This document shows, piece after piece, positions 59,610 through 64,000 of a stretch of 64,000 bases of DNA; the stretch's first letter is position 1, and each line of letters opens with the position of its first letter. A model generated the notes under the pieces. That model was not told where the DNA came from. It saw nothing but the letters and a program-made list of their open reading frames with translations, and made no database searches. Made by a program: the position numbers and the translations under genes. The stretch is from positions 613,073 through 677,072 of the forward strand of contig JAYQHX010000002.1 of assembly GCA_038141355.1 (NCBI GenBank), in the 5' to 3' direction. This DNA is from Methanobacteriota archaeon. GTDB taxonomy: Archaea; Thermoplasmatota; Poseidoniia; Poseidoniales; Poseidoniaceae.

Positions 59610-60736
59610 GTGCAGAATCTAACCGTTCGCTCAGGCTCACCTTTTTCCTTAATCAAGTCAGAAAAAATAGTCGCCATCTCAAGTACTGACGCTGTTCCTG
59701 ATGTATCATCAACAGCTCCTGCACCGTGGTAAACAGTGTCGTGATGCCCACCGATGATGATTATTTCTTCGGTTTTACCATAGTAGGTTCCGCATGGCAC
59801 CCGAATTGTCAAATCTTGGTCATTCGTGACATCTATTCTCATCTCAATTCTGTTATTCTCGCTTCCATTAATCATAACTTCTTCAAGAATTTCTCCCGCA
59901 TCTTTGGACATTGCAATGAACGCCATTTGTGAAGGTATAGTTCCTCCATTAGCATCAATCATTGCTTGGATACTAGTGCCTTTGAAGATTGGAACGCAGT
60001 CGTTGCCCTCAATTTTGCCACAATTGTAGTCTTTGTTTACTCTGATAATTGATGATAAGCCATTTTCAATTGCTCGAGTCATTATTCCTGTATTTCCTGA
60101 GATTGAACCTCCTCCAACAACATATCCAATCTTGCCTTCTGCCGATGCCCAAAGTGCATCGTCTGTTCCATCTCCTAGGTGTACTACTTCCATTCCGTCG
60201 GCAAAAGTAAACGCTGATTCACCGCTGAATCCCTGAATAACGTAGTCAATTCTATGATTGAAGAGTGTAATTTCTTGACCCAAATCACCAGGTCCGCATG
60301 GCACAAAATTTGCTACCACACTTTGCCCAGCCTTACAGACTCTTAGACTTGGTTCGCTATTGATGCTGTGCATAGGAACGTCGTAAGTGTGCAGGGTTGA
60401 CTGATATCCTAATTCTTCGAATAGGTCAGCGATATATTCGGCAGTTGCCTGTTCTTCAGCGGAACCACTCATTCTTCCTTCCCATACAGGATGTCCTAAA
60501 TCAACAAGATCTTGGGCATATCCTCGTGCCCTATCTTGGTCAAACTCAACAGAAGCTCCGTACTCAACAGGTTCCTCATCCAAGTAAAAATACAAAACAG
60601 TAGATGTGATGAATATCAGTGATAATCCAATGGCGAGCAAGACTTTGTCTTGCAAAATGTTCAGACCGGTTCTACCAATATCTGCTTCCTGCCAGTTCTC
60701 CACGACCTCTGCTGAAAGGATTTCATCATCTGTCAT
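59555..60736 (-). CDS. M28 family aminopeptidase, N-terminal fragment (TM anchor, PA-like domain, first metal ligands)
   Basis: It contains IIGGHHDTVYHGAGAVDDTSGTASVLE...RTVRFCTWG, after which the frame runs out. Confidence 0.8.
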   Translation of the reverse strand: MTDDEILSAEVVENWQEADIGRTGLNILQDKVLLAIGLSLIFITSTVLYFYLDEEPVEYGASVEFDQDRARGYAQDLVDLGHPVWEGRMSGSAEEQATAEYIADLFEELGYQSTLHTYDVPMHSINSEPSLRVCKAGQSVVANFVPCGPGDLGQEITLFNHRIDYVIQGFSGESAFTFADGMEVVHLGDGTDDALWASAEGKIGYVVGGGSISGNTGIMTRAIENGLSSIIRVNKDYNCGKIEGNDCVPIFKGTSIQAMIDANGGTIPSQMAFIAMSKDAGEILEEVMINGSENNRIEMRIDVTNDQDLTIRVPCGTYYGKTEEIIIIGGHHDTVYHGAGAVDDTSGTASVLEMATIFSDLIKEKGEPERTVRFCTWGAKKKACGVQMHMLRR

Positions 60737-61323
60737 GGTATTTCATCTCCAGTCCAGCGCTTGGTTAGGTCGTTGTCTACTCCAAGGTGGTCAAGTACAC
60801 GAGATACTACGAAGTCAATTAAATCATCCATTGTTTTAGGATGATTGTAAAAACCTGGTGATGCAGGTATGACAATAGTTCCCCAATTGGACAACTTGGC
60901 CATATTTTCGAGATGGACAGTTGCATATGGTGCCTCTCTAGGGACTATGATAAGTTTCCTTCTCTCTTTCATAGCAACAATTGCGGAACGGGTTGCGAGA
61001 TTATCTCCAATTCCCGCTGTGAGTTTGCCAAGTGTCGACCCGCTACATGGGCAGATAACAACAGCATCGATGGCCGCAGAGCCAGATGCGGATTTAGCAC
61101 CAACATTGTCGTTGTTTTCCAGTAGTGCCCCCGATTCTTCAGCCAACTTTTCTGGAGTCAATCCGTTGCATTCATGAGCCAGGGTTAACTTCCCAGATTC
61201 AGTGATTACGAGTCTAGCTCTATTTCCTAAAATATGGGCTAATCGCACACCATAAATGGCACCTGAGGCGCCAGAAATCGCTAGGACAACTTCTCCCATC
61301 GTATCTCTGTTGTTCAATATCAT
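60733..61323 (-). CDS. ubiX: Flavin prenyltransferase UbiX
   Basis: It contains LAISGASGAIYGVRL, CPCSGSTLGKLTAGIGDNLATRS and a C-terminal LDHLGV. Confidence 0.88.
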   Translation of the reverse strand: MILNNRDTMGEVVLAISGASGAIYGVRLAHILGNRARLVITESGKLTLAHECNGLTPEKLAEESGALLENNDNVGAKSASGSAAIDAVVICPCSGSTLGKLTAGIGDNLATRSAIVAMKERRKLIIVPREAPYATVHLENMAKLSNWGTIVIPASPGFYNHPKTMDDLIDFVVSRVLDHLGVDNDLTKRWTGDEIP

Positions 61324-61326
61324 GTA

Positions 61327-62439
61327 TCAAGTTATGTTAACTGCTGTGCGTATCACTTTCTCCAATACATCAACGGCCTCAGCAAATGATTTAGGCTCTA
61401 TAGACCAACCTACTCTAAGCCATTCTGTTAAAGTCGAATCAAACATACATCCCGGTACCGCAAGTAAATCATGTTCCTTTCCAATGGTGTCAATCATTTC
61501 TAGCGTATTTACTCCTGGAATCCTAAAGGCTCCAAAAACGCCGTATTGCGGTGGCACCCATTCTATCCCTAGTCTTGTTAATGCGTCTTGTAGTATCGGT
61601 AAATTTTCTTCTCTGTATCTTTCAATTAATTCAATCGGCTCGTGTAATCTATGCTTTATTTGTTCAGCGATTCTAATAGTGGGTGAAGCCATCATGCCTT
61701 CCATATTGTGGAATGCGTTATTGACATTTGCAATTATTTCTGAATTTGCTAAGATCCATCCATATCTTATCACCCCGAGTCCGTGTACTTTTGTTAGGGA
61801 AGAAATCGAAACGCAATGGTCACCATCCTTGAAGAATGGTTTCCAATTTTTGTCTGCCGCAGAATATACTTCGTCACTTATTATTCGAACATCTAACTTT
61901 TTACAGGTTTGGACAAGCCAATTCCTGTCATCCTCTGTATATGTGCAACCTACCGGATTTAGTTGAGGTGAAATCATCAATAGGTCGACTTGTTTGAGAA
62001 CTCGTAGCCAATTTTCTCTGTCAATGGTCCAGATTTCAGAGGTAGGATTTCGTCGAACTTCCATGGTCTCAAGACCCAAAATCCTTGCAGTTTGCGAAAC
62101 AGGCCCGTATGACGGCATTTCTACCGCTACCTTCCCACCTCTTGATGCTGCAGATATTGCTAGACTAATCGCCTGTGTTGCACCCATTGCAAGATGTATG
62201 TTCTCCAATGGAGTATCACATAATTCACTGACTAATCCTCTTTCGTCAAAACCTGGTCCTCTGTGATCTTTCCAAACGTTCTCTACTTCTCCAAGTTCCC
62301 ATGGAAATTGGAGCCCTGAAAAGGATAGGTTGTGCTTCCTTTGTTCTCTAAGTCTAGGAATATACCATTGAAGATAAGCTACAGGTGGCAAATCATCGCC
62401 CTTTGCAGGTCCTCCTGGCTTTGGAAAATAATCTGCCAT
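61327..62439 (-). CDS. Class I/II PLP-dependent aminotransferase
   Basis: 370 aa with a PLP-lysine region (SSLTKVHGLGVIRYGW). Confidence 0.75.
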   Translation of the reverse strand: MADYFPKPGGPAKGDDLPPVAYLQWYIPRLREQRKHNLSFSGLQFPWELGEVENVWKDHRGPGFDERGLVSELCDTPLENIHLAMGATQAISLAISAASRGGKVAVEMPSYGPVSQTARILGLETMEVRRNPTSEIWTIDRENWLRVLKQVDLLMISPQLNPVGCTYTEDDRNWLVQTCKKLDVRIISDEVYSAADKNWKPFFKDGDHCVSISSLTKVHGLGVIRYGWILANSEIIANVNNAFHNMEGMMASPTIRIAEQIKHRLHEPIELIERYREENLPILQDALTRLGIEWVPPQYGVFGAFRIPGVNTLEMIDTIGKEHDLLAVPGCMFDSTLTEWLRVGWSIEPKSFAEAVDVLEKVIRTAVNIT

Positions 62440-62477
62440 GGAATAATCACGTCCTTCTTTCGATTTAATCCCATTAG

Positions 62478-62984
62478 TTAATTTGAAATTTCTCTATCTA
62501 GAACAGATAGGTTAGAGAAAAGAGCATTGAGTATGTCTTCTCGATTTAATTCATATCCAAGTCTCGAAAGTGATGTTGTTGTATCTGCTCCTAAACCACA
62601 ACCACTCACCATTTCTACACGGCCTTCTGGAGTATCATAATTGATGGTAAGGCCATGTCTGCTAGTCCATCTTAGAAAAGACAGACCTATCGAGCAGAAT
62701 TTATTTTCTCCAACCCAAACTCCTTGCATTCTTTCATCACGATTACAACTTACTCCTAATTCGGCAAGAGATGAGATGACCCATTCTTCCAGTTTGTAAA
62801 TTATCGCTTTTACGTTGCTCTCACCTTCTAAGTCCCACTTGAATATAGGATAGATTACTATCTGGCCTGGTCCATGCCAAGTCAAACCTCCACCTCTATC
62901 AACATCGGTTAAGGCATATCCTGCCGGTGGCTGAATTCCATCATTTCTTGCACGGGCCGATAGTGACAATCTCAGGGTGTTCAC
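62478..62984 (-). CDS. lipB: Octanoyltransferase LipB, C-terminal fragment
   Basis: It contains DRGGGLTWHGPGQIVIYP and ...CSIGL...HGL. Confidence 0.8.
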   Translation of the reverse strand: MNTLRLSLSARARNDGIQPPAGYALTDVDRGGGLTWHGPGQIVIYPIFKWDLEGESNVKAIIYKLEEWVISSLAELGVSCNRDERMQGVWVGENKFCSIGLSFLRWTSRHGLTINYDTPEGRVEMVSGCGLGADTTTSLSRLGYELNREDILNALFSNLSVLDREISN

Positions 62985-63108
62985 AAATCAACATAGTGTC
63001 ATCTATCTTGTCATCAATCCTCATTTTTTGTAAATCCTTCATCAAAGAATCGGCGTTGTTGTGGTCGACTACGCCGAGGTTCTGAGTGGTAACAATTCGC
63101 AAATTCAT
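62941..63108 (-). CDS. lipB: Octanoyltransferase LipB, N-terminal fragment in a different frame (not in the ORF track)
   Basis: My own translation is MNLRIVTTQNLGVVDHNNADSLMKDLQKMRIDDKIDDTMLICEHPEIVTIGPCKK*. The EHP..VT.G motif precedes the frame break at ggccc (62953-62958). Confidence 0.7.
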   Translation of the reverse strand: MNLRIVTTQNLGVVDHNNADSLMKDLQKMRIDDKIDDTMLICEHPEIVTIGPCKK

Positions 63109-63111
63109 CCC

Positions 63112-63342
63112 TCAGAATCTTCCGCTACTTCCAAATCCACCCTCGCCTCTCTCGGTTTTTGATAACTGGTCATAGGTGACTTCGGTGAATGTTGTTTCCG
63201 GCACAGGAGAGATTAGTAATTGAGCAATTCTCTCTCCTTTTTCTAATGTAATATTGTCGCCTTCTCCAATCCATGTTGCTAACACCATCAATTCACCACG
63301 ATAATCTGAATCGATTGTTCCGATTCCATTCGGCATAATCAT
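63112..63342 (-). CDS. dut: dUTP diphosphatase, C-terminal fragment (the frame is open upstream to about 63449)
   Basis: It contains GIGTIDSDYRGE and the C-terminal RGEGGFGSSG. Upstream in the same frame is TKIRTGLAVAIPEGWEGQIRSRSSLGAKG. Confidence 0.85.
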   Translation of the reverse strand: MIMPNGIGTIDSDYRGELMVLATWIGEGDNITLEKGERIAQLLISPVPETTFTEVTYDQLSKTERGEGGFGSSGRF

Positions 63343-63407
63343 TCCTTTCGCTCCGAGGGACGATCTTGAACGAATTTGTCCTTCCCAACCTTCGGGAATT
63401 GCAACCG

Positions 63408-63590
63408 CTAGTCCGGTTCTAATTTTAGTCGAAACCCCTTGCTTACAACCGTTTTTTCAAGCGCTCTCAAATCCCATCCTGCAGCAGATTTTGTTCCTTG
63501 CGTAGGTGGTTCAGCACCTTCTTCTAACTTTGCGAAATTGACTTCGACTTGGCTGCGCATTGTGTGGTGCGATGCAGACCAATCACTCAA
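63408..63590 (-). CDS. dut: dUTP diphosphatase, N-terminal fragment
   Basis: It contains KSAAGWDLRALEKTVV (dUTPase motif 1/2 region). The frame is lost at the cccc run at 63435-63438. Confidence 0.75.
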   Translation of the reverse strand: MSDWSASHHTMRSQVEVNFAKLEEGAEPPTQGTKSAAGWDLRALEKTVVSKGFRLKLEPD

Positions 63591-63607
63591 TATCTTTGGT
63601 CTTTAGA

Positions 63608-63632
63608 TATTTATTTGTGTTATTTATTTGTG
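63608..63632. repeat. Tandem direct repeat tatttatttgtg x2 (period 13) in the dut/nrdB divergent intergenic region
   Basis: The copies at 63608-63619 and 63621-63632 are identical. Confidence 0.8.
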
Positions 63633-63786
63633 ATAAGTTGATATTCTTTTGACAATACATTGTAAAATCTCGGAAGTTCAAACAGGGTAAGAAATGGGGC
63701 CGTTAACAACTACTCCATCAATCAATATTATAGGCTACTTTGAACGGCCAACAAAATCCACCAAACCGGAATAATGGGAGGTTAAC

Positions 63787-64000
63787 ATGATGCAACCAGA
63801 GTCACCTAATAAAGACGGATTCGAATTAGACCTTTCTTCTGAGTTTATTGAGCCAATGCTGAAGGAGTCATTAGACCGATTTGTGTTATTCCCAATCGAG
63901 CATGGTGAGATTTGGGACATGTACAAAAAACATGCAGCTTCTTTTTGGACTGCTGAAGAAATCGACCTTGCAGAAGATGGAAAAGACTGGGAATCATTGT
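63787..64000 (+). CDS. nrdB: Ribonucleotide reductase class I small subunit (R2), 3' partial at the window end; not in the ORF track
   Basis: GGGAGG lies upstream of the ATG at 63787. The translation is [71 protein letters not shown], with the hallmark FVLFPI...[15 protein letters not shown]. Confidence 0.85.
   Translation, partial: MMQPESPNKDGFELDLSSEFIEPMLKESLDRFVLFPIEHGEIWDMYKKHAASFWTAEEIDLAEDGKDWESL

Noticed and set aside
61256-61966. 236-aa plus-strand ORF opposite the aminotransferase and ubiX
   Set aside because: It is an antisense Ser/Ile-rich ORF. The minus-strand genes have recognisable PLP and UbiX motifs.
59555-63590. Programmed ribosomal frameshifting or transcriptional slippage as the explanation for the clustered broken genes (M28, lipB, dut)
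   Set aside because: The breaks are in unrelated housekeeping genes, at short G/C runs of differing length, and need both insertions and deletions to repair. I saw no slippery heptamer plus downstream structure. Homopolymer indel error is more parsimonious, but it needs read-level confirmation.

Overview
This is an archaeal chromosomal segment with low to moderate GC. Archaeal markers include a thermosome, Hef, class I LysRS, aIF2-beta, aRF1, aSUI1, eS4/eL32/eL19 and aTrm56. The gene content and a free-standing 16S rRNA gene next to the ribosomal-protein/secY cluster fit an uncultivated marine Thermoplasmatota lineage (Marine Group II/III-like). From memory, a similar 16S + spc-like operon + energy-gene arrangement was reported for a deep-sea Group II euryarchaeal fosmid; I cannot verify identity here.

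Layout:
- 1-9.3 kb: partial surface glycoprotein, thermosome, a ferredoxin/flavodoxin/SdhB-like/HdrB-like module, and Hef (minus strand).
- 9.35-9.58 kb: an unassigned GC-rich structured element.
- 9.58-23.9 kb: a 25-gene r-protein cluster from uL3 to uL15 plus secY. It includes aSUI1, RNase P protein Rpp29 and a 50-aa uS14 that is absent from the ORF track.
- 24.35-25.82 kb: a 16S rRNA with no 23S, 5S or tRNA partner.
- 25.9-30.0 kb: a molybdopterin oxidoreductase operon (minus strand).
- 30.1-33.8 kb: purine salvage genes (hpt, AzgA-like permease, apt) and NAD kinase.
- 33.9-64 kb: housekeeping genes, including thiolase, LemA, TraB, DHH phosphoesterase, folP, aTrm56, carAB, lysK, aIF2-beta, NOG1-like GTPase, pyrH, aRF1, argS, folB, parvulin, M28 peptidase, ubiX, aminotransferase, lipB, dut and partial nrdB.

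I saw no CRISPR array, transposase/integrase, prophage or tRNA gene.

Most interesting observations:
1. A ferredoxin + flavodoxin::SdhB-like + HdrB/SdhE-like module has lost nearly all canonical Fe-S cysteine ligands.
2. A molybdoenzyme operon has no Tat signal and has a fused 4-cluster ferredoxin / NrfD-like membrane subunit.
3. SecY carries a ~145-aa, four-helix N-terminal extension.
4. eL32 carries an N-terminal SAP/HeH-like motif.
5. There are unassigned GC-rich structured RNA candidates.

Caveat: at least four genes (M28 peptidase, lipB, dut, ppnK) are split by single-base frameshifts, three of them at visible short G/C homopolymers. Two further junctions (uL3 tail, ferredoxin/flavodoxin) may be affected. 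Homopolymer indel errors are the most economical explanation and should be excluded before any biological interpretation.
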